Below, piece by piece: positions 55,195 through 64,000 of a stretch of 64,000 bases of DNA. The DNA is taken from the NCBI GenBank assembly GCA_943789075.1, contig CALSSS010000002.1, forward strand, positions 129,845 through 193,844, read 5' to 3'. The position numbers and the translations under genes are program-made. The DNA comes from an uncultured Candidatus Pelagibacter sp. Lineage in GTDB: Bacteria; Pseudomonadota; Alphaproteobacteria; Pelagibacterales; Pelagibacteraceae. Within the stretch, counting starts at the first letter, position 1. Each line of letters opens with the position of its first letter. A model generated the notes under the pieces. It searched no databases, was not told where the DNA came from, and saw only the letters and a list, made by a program, of their open reading frames with translations.

Positions 55195-55638
55195 ACAAGT
55201 AGGGATCTATCTATATTTAACACTCTAAGACCTTTTTCAATTGGTTTTGACGATATGTTTGACCAATTTGAAAATATGCTAGGAAATGGAGGGTTAACCA
55301 TGCAGTCCAATTACCCACCTTACAACATTAGAAAAACTGGCAAAGACAACTACGCTATTGAAGTTGCTCTGGCTGGATTTAATAAAAATGATGTTGAGGT
55401 TGAGTTTGAGGATAATTTATTAACTGTTAGAACTAAACAAGTTGATAAATCAGAAAACAAATCTGATGATGGTGAAATTATTCATAAAGGTATTTCACAA
55501 AGACAATTTGCCAGATCATTTACAATTGCAGAGGATGTGAGAGTTAATGGTGCTGAATTAAAAGATGGTCTTTTGACAATCGCCTGTGAAAGAATTGTAC
55601 CTGAATATAAAAAGAAAAAGCTTATTGAAATTAGATAA
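55192..55638 (+). CDS. ibpA: Small heat shock protein IbpA (Hsp20)
   Basis: IGFD, NYPPYNI, IEVALAGF, HKGISQRQFARSF, LKDGLL; AGGAGG SD before the ATG at 55192. Confidence 0.95.
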   Translation: MTSRDLSIFNTLRPFSIGFDDMFDQFENMLGNGGLTMQSNYPPYNIRKTGKDNYAIEVALAGFNKNDVEVEFEDNLLTVRTKQVDKSENKSDDGEIIHKGISQRQFARSFTIAEDVRVNGAELKDGLLTIACERIVPEYKKKKLIEIR

Positions 55639-55648
55639 GTATTAACCT

Positions 55649-55677
55649 TACTTGTGGGGAGCACTTCCCCACAGGTA
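55649..55677. terminator. Hairpin terminator between convergent ibpA and lipoprotein gene
   Basis: TACTTGTGGGGA-GCACT-TCCCCACAGGTA stem-loop. Confidence 0.78.
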
Positions 55678-55685
55678 TTAAATAT

Positions 55686-55991
55686 TTAAAAACAACCATT
55701 TGACACAAAACCAATTACAATAGAGCTCGAGTCTACTTCAAATCTTCTTTCACAAAGTATTCCATATTTTTTGGAATTATAAACAAGCTCCAAATTTCCT
55801 TTATCATTTTTAAAATCTTCATCAGGCTTACCTAGTTCCATTTGCAAACTATTTGAACTCTTTCCAATAAATTGACTTAATTTTGTATTTTCTTTTTCAA
55901 CAATCTCATCAGTTTTATCTTTAATTGTTTGACAACCACTCACTAGACTAAAAAAAAATAAACTTATAAAAATATATTTTAATTTTCGCAT
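55686..55991 (-). CDS. Hypothetical lipoprotein
   Basis: Signal peptide with LVSGC lipobox; ELGKPD motif; Cys pair near C-terminus. Confidence 0.75.
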   Translation of the reverse strand: MRKLKYIFISLFFFSLVSGCQTIKDKTDEIVEKENTKLSQFIGKSSNSLQMELGKPDEDFKNDKGNLELVYNSKKYGILCERRFEVDSSSIVIGFVSNGCF

Positions 55992-56121
55992 GAAACGATG
56001 ATAGCACCAAAAATATGGCTTAAATATAACTTATAAGTTGAATTATGTTAATAAACATAGGTTTTTAAGAGAATTTACAAAAAAATTCTAATAAAACTCA
56101 AGTCTAATCTTAGGAGGATAA

Positions 56122-57432
56122 ATGTTAGATAAATATTTTAACTACAAAAAACACAAGACAGATTTTAAAACAGAAGTAATAGCTGGTGTAACAACATTTT
56201 TGACAATGGCCTACATTATGTTTTTAAATCCATTTATATTATCAGGTGAATTTGCTGGACCAGAAAAAGGTTTCTTTGAATTTGGAGCAGTTTATACGGC
56301 AACAATTGTTGCTACAGCACTTGCTTGTTTCATAATGGCATTTTATGGAAAAACATGGCCAATAGGTTTAGCTCCTGGCATGGGAATTAATGCGTTTGTT
56401 GCATTTGGTGTTTGTGCTGGAATGGGCTATACGCCTCAAGAAGCTTTGGGTGCTGTGTTAGTTGCTGGAGTTTTATTCTTAATCATTTCGTTAACACCTA
56501 TCAGAGCTTGGTTAATTAACTCAATTCCAAGAAGTTTAAAATTAGGAATTGGTGCTGGTATAGGACTATTTCTTGCTATAATTGGTCTTCAAATAATGGA
56601 AGTTGTTGTTGATAATCCAGTCACATTAGTTCAGCTAGGTGACTTAGGTGATCCACTTGTTCTATTAGGTTGTGCTGCCTTTATCTTAATGGTTGTTCTT
56701 GAAAAAATGAAAGTTAAAGGAAACATTATAATTGGAATTTTATTATTCAGTATAATTGCATGGGCTACTGGACTTGCTAAATTTAATGGGATTGCAAGCT
56801 CACCACCTCCAATGACTTACCTATTTGATTTTGATTTATCAGCTGCATTAACAGCAGGTATGACAACTGTTGTATTTACTTTATTATTTGTTGATTTTTT
56901 TGATACCGCTGGAACATTGACTTCTGTAGCTAACGTTGCTGGTAAGGTTGATAAAAATGGAAAAGTTCAAGACATAGAAAAAGCAATGATGGCCGACAGT
57001 GTTGGAACCGTTGCTGGTGCAATGATGGGAACAACAACTGTTACAAGTTATGTTGAATCTGGAGCTGGTGTAAAAGCTGGTGGAAAAACAGGAATGACCT
57101 CTTTAGTAATTGGTCTATTATTTTTAGCCTGCATATTCTTTGCTCCTTTAGCAACAAGTTTGCCTAAGCAAATTGATGGTGCAGCTTTATTATTTGTTTC
57201 TGTTCTTTTTGTTAGAAACATAACTGATATTGAATGGGATGATATTGGTGAAGCAGCCCCTGCTATTCTTGCAATGATAGCTATGCCACTAACATACAGT
57301 ATTAGTAATGGTATTGCTTTAGCTTTTGTATCTTATGCATTAATCAGATTATTTACTGGTAAGTTTTCTTCAACTTCTCCAGCAATATGGGTTATTGCAA
57401 TACTAAGTTTTATTAGCTTTGTAGTTGCTTAA
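56122..57432 (+). CDS. NCS2/AzgA family purine permease
   Basis: EVIAGVTTFLTMAYI, LAPGMGINAF, DFFDTAGTL, YVESGAGV..GGKTG, PLTYSISNG. Confidence 0.93.
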   Translation: MLDKYFNYKKHKTDFKTEVIAGVTTFLTMAYIMFLNPFILSGEFAGPEKGFFEFGAVYTATIVATALACFIMAFYGKTWPIGLAPGMGINAFVAFGVCAGMGYTPQEALGAVLVAGVLFLIISLTPIRAWLINSIPRSLKLGIGAGIGLFLAIIGLQIMEVVVDNPVTLVQLGDLGDPLVLLGCAAFILMVVLEKMKVKGNIIIGILLFSIIAWATGLAKFNGIASSPPPMTYLFDFDLSAALTAGMTTVVFTLLFVDFFDTAGTLTSVANVAGKVDKNGKVQDIEKAMMADSVGTVAGAMMGTTTVTSYVESGAGVKAGGKTGMTSLVIGLLFLACIFFAPLATSLPKQIDGAALLFVSVLFVRNITDIEWDDIGEAAPAILAMIAMPLTYSISNGIALAFVSYALIRLFTGKFSSTSPAIWVIAILSFISFVVA

Positions 57433-57443
57433 AATATAATTTT

Positions 57444-57468
57444 TAGGGCTGGATTAATTCCAGCCCTA
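57444..57468. terminator. Bidirectional terminator hairpin between permease and PRTase
   Basis: TAGGGCTGGA-TTAAT-TCCAGCCCTA perfect 10-bp stem that contains the PRTase stop codon. Confidence 0.82.
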
Positions 57469-57987
57469 TTTATTTCTCTTAATTATTTCTTCCATAGATA
57501 ATTCTTCATAATGTTCAGTTGGCTGAACAATCCATGGATCAGAATCTAATTTTACTGGACAAAAATCAGGCTCAAATGTAGAAGATTTTTTCTTCCACAA
57601 GCAGGCGGTTTTAACTTCATTAATATAATTTTTTGTTGGTTCATATTTTTTCAACCATTCAATACTTTTATTTAGAGTTAGACCAGTATCTGAAAGATCA
57701 TCAACTAATAACACTTTATCAAAATCTTTATTTTCTGCTAAAGAACTGATCTCTCTAGCAAACATTAATTGACCTTGTTTATCCTCCATTCCTTTTCCTG
57801 AATAGCTCTGGATAACAATATAAGCGATTGGTAATTTTAAAATTCTAGAAAGAATATCCAATATAGGTGCTGCACCTCTCATAATTCCAACTAATACTGT
57901 TGGTTTATAACTTTTATGAATTTCTATTGCTAATTTTTCAACAATTTTTGTATACTGATCAAAATTGATAATTAATTTATCTGCCAT
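57466..57987 (-). CDS. Type I phosphoribosyltransferase (xanthine/guanine/hypoxanthine PRT-like)
   Basis: GIMRGA, VLLVDDLSDTGLTL PRPP-binding motif, WIVQP. Confidence 0.85.
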   Translation of the reverse strand: MADKLIINFDQYTKIVEKLAIEIHKSYKPTVLVGIMRGAAPILDILSRILKLPIAYIVIQSYSGKGMEDKQGQLMFAREISSLAENKDFDKVLLVDDLSDTGLTLNKSIEWLKKYEPTKNYINEVKTACLWKKKSSTFEPDFCPVKLDSDPWIVQPTEHYEELSMEEIIKRNK

Positions 57988-58033
57988 AAAATTTTATTAT
58001 CATATAAAATAAATTAAAAAGAATAAAAAAATT

Positions 58034-58921
58034 ATGAAAATATTTGATTGTTTTATGTATTTTGATGAAGAGCTTGTTCTTGATGTAAGATTAAATACTT
58101 CTAGATAAATATGTTGATTATCTTTGTAATAGTTGAAAGTCAATTTTACTCATAATGGTGAAAAGACAATTAAAATTTGAATATAAAAAATTTAAAAATT
58201 TAAAGATAAGATTATTTATATCAGCATAGATGAACCTGATCAAATTTCTAAATTAAATGAAAAAGATAATGAAAGTATGAAAATCCTACAAATTAATATA
58301 TAATGCTCATTTGAGAGAAAATGACCAAAGAAATCATATATTAAAAGGATTAAAGGAAGCAAATAAATGATGATTATATTAGATTTCTGATGTTGATGAA
58401 ATACCAAACTTTAATTCAATAAATTTATAAAAATAAAAAATCAAATTATTATGTTTGAACAAGAAATGTTTTACTATAAATTTAACTTGTACCTTACAAA
58501 TTTTAAATGGTTTGGAACAAAAGCTTGTAGAAAAAAAGATCTGCAAAGTCCCTCAATGGCTAAGAAATATTAAAGATAGAAAATATCCTTTCTGGAGTAT
58601 AGATACTTTTTTTTCTAAAAATAAATATATCAATAAAATTTATATAAAAAATGGTGGTTGGCATTTTTCAAATATTAAAGACGCTGAAAGATATTGAATT
58701 AAAATTAAAATCATATTTACATCATAGAGACTATGAGTTAAGACCTCTGGTAGTAATAAAATAAAAGAATTAATAAAATAACAAAACAATTTATGAATTT
58801 AAAGGTGATAAAAAGTCAAAAAAGTTGGTGATGAGAAAAATTCTTGAAAAATATGATTTAAATAAATTGCCTCAATTTATTCAAGAAAATCAAAGATAAA
58901 CTTAAAGAATGGATGGACTAA
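58034..58921 (+). pseudogene. Glycosyltransferase family 17-like gene with many frameshifts (pseudogene or unpolished sequence)
   Basis: MKIFDCFMYFDEELVLDVRLN, FVIVES, ISDVDEIP, GGWHFS spread across shifting frames. Confidence 0.7.
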
Positions 58922-58922
58922 T

Positions 58923-59220
58923 ATGAAAGTATACTGGATTGCTTTATACAAAAAAATAGATAGCTCAAGAAAATATTAAAAATTATGCAGAAAAAGTTAC
59001 AGAAATTTTAAAAAGTTATGGTGGCAAAACCCTAGTTAGAGGTGGAAAATTTCAAACCTTAGAAGGTGAAAAATATCCAAGAACTGTCATTTGGGAATTT
59101 CCAAGCTATGAGCAGGCTATCAAATGTCATGACTCAAAAGAATATCAAGCAGGATGGGCTTTAGCTAAAGATACAACTAAGAGAAATTTACAAATTATAG
59201 AGGGCTTTAATACTGAATAG
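58923..59220 (+). CDS. DUF1330 family protein (frameshift near 58965)
   Basis: YWIA...YGGKTLVRGG...EG...RTVIWEFPSYEQA..CHDSKEYQ. Confidence 0.78.
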
Positions 59221-59842
59221 GCTCTGGATCAATACTTCTCCACAAATACCAAGTTGCAACAGAACAATAAGGTGTAAATCTTTTATTTAATAATCTTACA
59301 TAAGATTCTGGTGGAAAATATTTTTTTTTATAATTTTTTGAAATTGCTCTTAGAAGTCCAATATCTTGAATTGGCCAAATATTTGAACGATTATAAGTAA
59401 ATAATAAAATCATTTCTGCTGACCATCTGCCTATTTGTCTTAAATTAGACAAGTAGATAATAGCTTCCTCATCAGACATTTTAGGAATTAATTTTGGATT
59501 AAATGATTTATCAAGAGTTTGTTTTGCTAAACTTTTAATTCCTTTAGCTTTTAGTCTGCTCAAACCACAACTTCTAAGCTGTGCAATTGATAATTTGGAA
59601 ATTGTTTTTGCATTAATTTTATTTTTACATTTTTTTTTAAATTTTAAAAAAACTGAGTTTGCCGCCATAACACTTATCTGTTGTCCAATAATACTTTTAC
59701 ATAATGAAAAAAAAATATCTTTTCTGGAAGTGAGTATGGTTTCAGATGGAGACTTATATTTGGTTATTAACTTTTTCATAATTTTATCTTTTTTAGATAA
59801 ATATTTTTTAGCATTATTCCAATATATTGGAGTTTTAGTCAT
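59207..59842 (-). CDS. alkA: DNA-3-methyladenine glycosylase II family protein
   Basis: IIGQQIS, GLSRLK, IGRWSAEM helix-hairpin-helix, DIGL, PYCSVATWYLW. Confidence 0.9.
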   Translation of the reverse strand: MTKTPIYWNNAKKYLSKKDKIMKKLITKYKSPSETILTSRKDIFFSLCKSIIGQQISVMAANSVFLKFKKKCKNKINAKTISKLSIAQLRSCGLSRLKAKGIKSLAKQTLDKSFNPKLIPKMSDEEAIIYLSNLRQIGRWSAEMILLFTYNRSNIWPIQDIGLLRAISKNYKKKYFPPESYVRLLNKRFTPYCSVATWYLWRSIDPEPIQY

Positions 59843-60719
59843 GTCTAATGTTTGAAGGTATTTTTTGTTTATAGTAAATTTCCCTTCTAAAAATTACAAG
59901 GGAAGATATTATTACTAGTGATGCACCAATTAATGTTTTAAAAGTTGGTATCTCATTCCAAATCATATAACCAAAAAATATAGCAAAAACTAATGACAAA
60001 TATTTTAATGGAGCAACCAAAGATACTTCAGAAAGCTTGTAGGATTGAGTTAATAATAAATTTGCAGCACCTCCAGTAACTCCAATTAAAGCTAAAAGAA
60101 TAAAATCTTGAAAATTAGGCATTATCCAGCCCAATGGAATTGTTGCTAAGCCTGCAATAGATATTGTAATTGTAAAAAAAATAGAAATAAGCCAAATTGG
60201 CTCTGTTGTAGATAATTTTCGAATTGTGATAGTTACAAATGCCATTCCAATGCAAAAAATTATTGGTAGAAAATAAAGAAAATTCATTTCAATAAACCCA
60301 GGTTCAGAAATTACAATCACTCCAATAAAACCTACAATAACTGCTGCCCATCTAAAAATACCAACTTTTTCACTTAATAAAAAAATTGATAAAATAGTGA
60401 TAAAGAGTGGAGCAGCATAAGAAAGACTTACCACTACAGCAAGAGGCAGTTCTCTCAAAGCTATTACTATTGCAACTAGTGCAATTAAACCCATAACACA
60501 TCTAAAAATATGTTCAGTGGGTCTTTTGGTTTTATAAAAAGTTCTTAATTGATCCCTTGGTATTAAAAAGTAAGTAGGAAGGAGACCAAAAAAACCTCTA
60601 AAGAAAAGAACTTGTCCTGTAGGGTAATCCCCTGACCATTTTACAAGCAAATCCATTATAGAAAAAGTACAAACAGACAAAAACATGTACAATAAACCTA
60701 ATTGATTTTTAGTTAACAT
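59835..60719 (-). CDS. DMT/EamA family transporter
   Basis: About 10 TM; LSEKVGIFRW, VAPLKYLSL, IWNEIP. Confidence 0.9.
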   Translation of the reverse strand: MLTKNQLGLLYMFLSVCTFSIMDLLVKWSGDYPTGQVLFFRGFFGLLPTYFLIPRDQLRTFYKTKRPTEHIFRCVMGLIALVAIVIALRELPLAVVVSLSYAAPLFITILSIFLLSEKVGIFRWAAVIVGFIGVIVISEPGFIEMNFLYFLPIIFCIGMAFVTITIRKLSTTEPIWLISIFFTITISIAGLATIPLGWIMPNFQDFILLALIGVTGGAANLLLTQSYKLSEVSLVAPLKYLSLVFAIFFGYMIWNEIPTFKTLIGASLVIISSLVIFRREIYYKQKIPSNIRHD

Positions 60720-60754
60720 AGGAATAATTTGTAGATCAAATTAAAGGATAATCA

Positions 60755-61198
60755 ATGGAAATAGCTGTTTTAGGATTAGGATGTTTTTGGGGGCCTGAGA
60801 TAAAATTTAGTAAACTTGAAGGTGTTATAAAAACTGAAGTTGGGTATTGTGGTGGTGACAAAAAGGAAACAAATTATAAAGAAGTTTGTGAAGGAACTAC
60901 CAATCATGCTGAAGTTGTTAAATTAGATTTTGATCCAACTGTTATTTCTTATGAAAAAATTTTAGAATATTTTTTTGAAATACATGATCCAACAACATTA
61001 AACTCGCAAGGGCCTGATTTTGGTACACAATATAGAAGTGAAATTTTTTACCTCAATGATAAGCAAAAAGAAATTGCTAAACAGATGATTGATAAAGAAA
61101 ATTCAAGGTTATCTGGAAAAGTAGTAACAAAGATTTCTTTAGTGAAAAATTATTGCCCAGCTGAAGAATATCATCAACGATATTTAGAAAAAAGATAA
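60755..61198 (+). CDS. msrA: Peptide methionine (S)-sulfoxide reductase
   Basis: GCFWG, HAEVV, HDPT, QGPDFGTQYRS, AEEYHQ. Confidence 0.96.
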   Translation: MEIAVLGLGCFWGPEIKFSKLEGVIKTEVGYCGGDKKETNYKEVCEGTTNHAEVVKLDFDPTVISYEKILEYFFEIHDPTTLNSQGPDFGTQYRSEIFYLNDKQKEIAKQMIDKENSRLSGKVVTKISLVKNYCPAEEYHQRYLEKR

Positions 61199-61199
61199 G

Positions 61200-62012
61200 A
61201 TGTCATTAGTAAGTACTGATTGGTTGATGACAAATCTTAATAAAGTAAAAATTATTGATTGTTCATGGCACATGCCTCAAACCAAAAGAAATGGTTTTGA
61301 AGAGTATAATAAACAACATATAAAAAATGCAATTTTTTTTGATTTAGATAAAAATTCAAAAAAAGATACTGACCTACCCCATATGCTGATTGATAATAAA
61401 TCATGGGAAAATATTGTTTCAAATATGGGTATTAAAAATGATGATCAGATTATTGTTTATGATAACTCAGATGTTATTAGCTCATGTAGATGTTGGTATA
61501 ATTTCATTTATTTTGGACATAATCCAAACTTGATAAAAGTATTAGACGGTGGTTTAAAAAAATGGGTTAATGAAAAAAAACCCACTACAAACGATATAGT
61601 AAATATTGAACCTTCTCATTATTCTGCCAATGAAAAAATAGAATTAGTAAAAAATAAAGCCCAAATTAATGAAAATATTTTAACAAAAGAATTTTTAGTT
61701 ATTGATGCAAGAAGTAAAGAGAGATTTGAAGGTGTGGTGCCTGAGCCAAGAAAAGGCTTAAGAAGTGGTTCTATAAATAATTCTTATTGCCTTCCATTTT
61801 CTGAACTTATAAATGCTGATCATACTTTTATTGATAAAGAAAAAATTTTTCAAAAGTTTAGCTCAATAAAAAGTAGCCTAGACAAAAACATTGTGTTTAC
61901 ATGCGGATCTGGTGTTACTGCTGCAGTTTTGGCACTTGCTTATTCTTTAATAGATAATAAATATAATCCAGTAATCTATGATGGTTCATGGAGTGAATAT
62001 GGAAAAAGCTAA
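61200..62012 (+). CDS. sseA: 3-mercaptopyruvate sulfurtransferase (tandem rhodanese)
   Basis: LDGGL, DARS..RF, CGSGVTA active site, YDGSWSEY. Confidence 0.92.
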   Translation: MSLVSTDWLMTNLNKVKIIDCSWHMPQTKRNGFEEYNKQHIKNAIFFDLDKNSKKDTDLPHMLIDNKSWENIVSNMGIKNDDQIIVYDNSDVISSCRCWYNFIYFGHNPNLIKVLDGGLKKWVNEKKPTTNDIVNIEPSHYSANEKIELVKNKAQINENILTKEFLVIDARSKERFEGVVPEPRKGLRSGSINNSYCLPFSELINADHTFIDKEKIFQKFSSIKSSLDKNIVFTCGSGVTAAVLALAYSLIDNKYNPVIYDGSWSEYGKS

Positions 62013-62015
62013 AAT

Positions 62016-62885
62016 ATGAAAAGATCAACAAAAATTACTTCAGCAATCATTGCTTTCTTTTTAATTATTACAATTGTGATTGTTGGAAGAACAATGATTG
62101 GTAATCATTTTGCGAAAAAGTTTAGTAAAAGACCACCTCCAGGAATAATCGTTAAAGAAGTTTCATATAAAGATTTTTCTGAAAAAATTGAAAGTTATGG
62201 TACTGCAGTCTCAAAAAGAACTGAATCTTTTAGAATTAAAAAAGATGATTTAACTAGTGAGTTAACCTTAAAAGATAATGTAAAAAAAGGAGATTTAATA
62301 GTTCAGCTTAAAGATAGAAAGATTGTTGCTCCATTTGATGGTGTGCTTGGATATAGAGGTATTACAGGAGATATTCTTGGCTCGGATAATTCAATTATTA
62401 TAACATTAGATGATAATTCAATTTTATATTCTGATATTAAAATCCCTGAAACATTTGCTTCTTTTATCAAAAAAGATTTACCTGTTAAGGTAAAATTCTC
62501 AGGTATGAAAAATAAAGTATATGATGGAAAAATATATGCTGTTTCAAGTAGAATTAATGCTGAAACAAGAAGTTTATTAACAAGAGTTATAATTCAAAAT
62601 GAAAATTCTGAATTAATTCCAGGGTCCCTTCTAGAAATTGATGTTAATTACAATGAAAGAAACTCTCTTGGGATTCCAGATACAAGCATGATGGTAGAGG
62701 GTAGCAAGTATTTTGTTTATAAAGTGTCTGAAGATAATATTGCAAATAAAACTGAAATAGAAATTGGAATTAGAAATAATGGATTTATTGAGATCGTATC
62801 AGGTCTTGATGAAGGAGAAATTGTTGTTGCTGAAGGGCTAAAGAAAGTTAGGCCTAGAGGTAAAATCAAACCAATTAAAAAATAA
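62016..62885 (+). CDS. RND efflux periplasmic adaptor (MFP), short
   Basis: APFDGVLG, RINAETRS, LIPG, GLDEGEIVVAEG; precedes RND permease. Confidence 0.88.
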   Translation: MKRSTKITSAIIAFFLIITIVIVGRTMIGNHFAKKFSKRPPPGIIVKEVSYKDFSEKIESYGTAVSKRTESFRIKKDDLTSELTLKDNVKKGDLIVQLKDRKIVAPFDGVLGYRGITGDILGSDNSIIITLDDNSILYSDIKIPETFASFIKKDLPVKVKFSGMKNKVYDGKIYAVSSRINAETRSLLTRVIIQNENSELIPGSLLEIDVNYNERNSLGIPDTSMMVEGSKYFVYKVSEDNIANKTEIEIGIRNNGFIEIVSGLDEGEIVVAEGLKKVRPRGKIKPIKK

Positions 62886-64000
62886 TGTATATAACAGAAG
62901 TAAGTATAAGAAGACCAGTTGTTGCATGGGTAATGTCTCTTATATTAATTGTATTTGGTATTTTTGTTTTTTTTGAATTACCTGTTAGAGAAAATCCTGA
63001 TGGCTTACAACCACCTGTGGTACAGGTTAGAGTAGATTATAAATCAGCATCTGCATCAATCATTAATCAGGAAATCACTCAAGTAATCGAAGATATTATT
63101 GGAGGAGCTGAAGGAATAAAGAATATAGATTCTTCATCTGAAAATGGGAGTAGCTCTGTTAATATTGAATTTAATACTGATATAGATTTAGACGACGCTG
63201 CTAATGATATCAGAGAAAGAGTTGCAAGAGTTGTTGATAATCTTCCAAGTGAAGCAAATGCTCCTCAGATATTAAAACAATCAGCTGGGTTTACTACCAC
63301 AATGTGGTTAGCAGTAACTTCTAATAATTGGAGTGATTTAGAACTTGGAGATTACACAGAAAGATATTTGGTTGACCAGTTTTCAAGTGTTAAAAATGTT
63401 GGTAGAATTAGAACTGGAGGATTAAGAGAATTAAGTGTTAGAGTTTGGATAGATCCTATAAAACTAGCTGCAAACAATCTAACAATTCAAGAAGTTGAGA
63501 GAGCATTAAGAAATGAAAATGTAAGTTTGCCTGCTGGTACACTTGAGGCAAACAACATAGATTTAACTTTAAATTTAGATAAGTCTTATAATAATATTAA
63601 TTCCTCAAAGAGCTTACCAATTAAAATGTTAAAAGATAGCATTGTTAAACTTTCTGATGTCGCAGTTGTGGAATTTGGACCAGTTTCTGAAAAAACATTA
63701 TTTAAAGCTCAAACAAAAGAAGCTTTAAATTTAAAAACTGTAGGTATTGGTATTTATGCAAAAAGTGGCGCTTCAACAGTAGAATTATCAAAAGCAATTA
63801 AAAAAAAAATAACTGAAATTAAAAAAACATTACCTGAAGGAGTTAACATTGAAGTTGCTTTTAATAGAGCTGACTATGTTGCTTCAGCTATTAATGAAGT
63901 TTACAAAACCCTTCTGGTAGCTTTTATTTTAGTTGTAATAATTATTTATTTATTTCTTGGAAATATAAAAGCGGTAATTGTTCCTGCAATTGCTCTACCT
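62885..64000 (+). CDS. RND efflux permease (AcrB/AcrD/AcrF family), runs off the window end
   Basis: MYITEVSIRRPVVA..., LPVRE, SVRVWIDP, LPAG, TLLVAFILVVIIIYLFLG. Confidence 0.93.
   Translation, partial: MYITEVSIRRPVVAWVMSLILIVFGIFVFFELPVRENPDGLQPPVVQVRVDYKSASASIINQEITQVIEDIIGGAEGIKNIDSSSENGSSSVNIEFNTDIDLDDAANDIRERVARVVDNLPSEANAPQILKQSAGFTTTMWLAVTSNNWSDLELGDYTERYLVDQFSSVKNVGRIRTGGLRELSVRVWIDPIKLAANNLTIQEVERALRNENVSLPAGTLEANNIDLTLNLDKSYNNINSSKSLPIKMLKDSIVKLSDVAVVEFGPVSEKTLFKAQTKEALNLKTVGIGIYAKSGASTVELSKAIKKKITEIKKTLPEGVNIEVAFNRADYVASAINEVYKTLLVAFILVVIIIYLFLGNIKAVIVPAIALP

Noticed and set aside
56000-56060. Canonical purine riboswitch before the NCS2 permease (AATATGG resembles loop L2)
   Set aside because: The TTTCTAC junction, CCGTAAA loop and P2/P3 stems are absent

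Overview
AT-rich, very gene-dense alphaproteobacterial DNA whose gene content and order are typical of SAR11 (Pelagibacter-like). It is mostly core genome. In order: smc end, F0 ATP synthase genes, a crtI-crtB-crtY-blh retinal cluster running into ispH-thrB-rnhA, the aa3 cytochrome c oxidase operon with thrC, an HxlR/CDGSH/pirin/quinone-reductase redox module, ubiA and lipid A genes, purD, pgi, lspA-ileS-ribF, groESL, a DEAD-box helicase with a perfect 96-bp tandem repeat, typA, tldD-pmbA, cfa, ptrB, ibpA, a purine permease/PRTase pair, alkA, msrA, sseA and the start of an RND efflux system. No rRNA, tRNA, CRISPR or mobile element was seen. Many genes, including essential ileS, groEL and lspA, carry small frameshifts, often in homopolymers, and there is an exact 299-bp duplication; both are best read as sequencing or assembly errors. 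Best leads: (1) the Cys-bearing HxlR regulator facing a CDGSH-pirin-QOR operon with a candidate operator; (2) head-to-head gene pairs lacking Shine-Dalgarno sites whose start codons lie exactly 18 nt apart, suggesting bidirectional leaderless promoters; (3) an RpoH promoter plus ROSE-like thermometer at ibpA; (4) two small proteins missed by the ORF track and a lysine-rich coiled-coil protein. All calls come from motif recognition and synteny; no searches were run, so novelty is unconfirmed.
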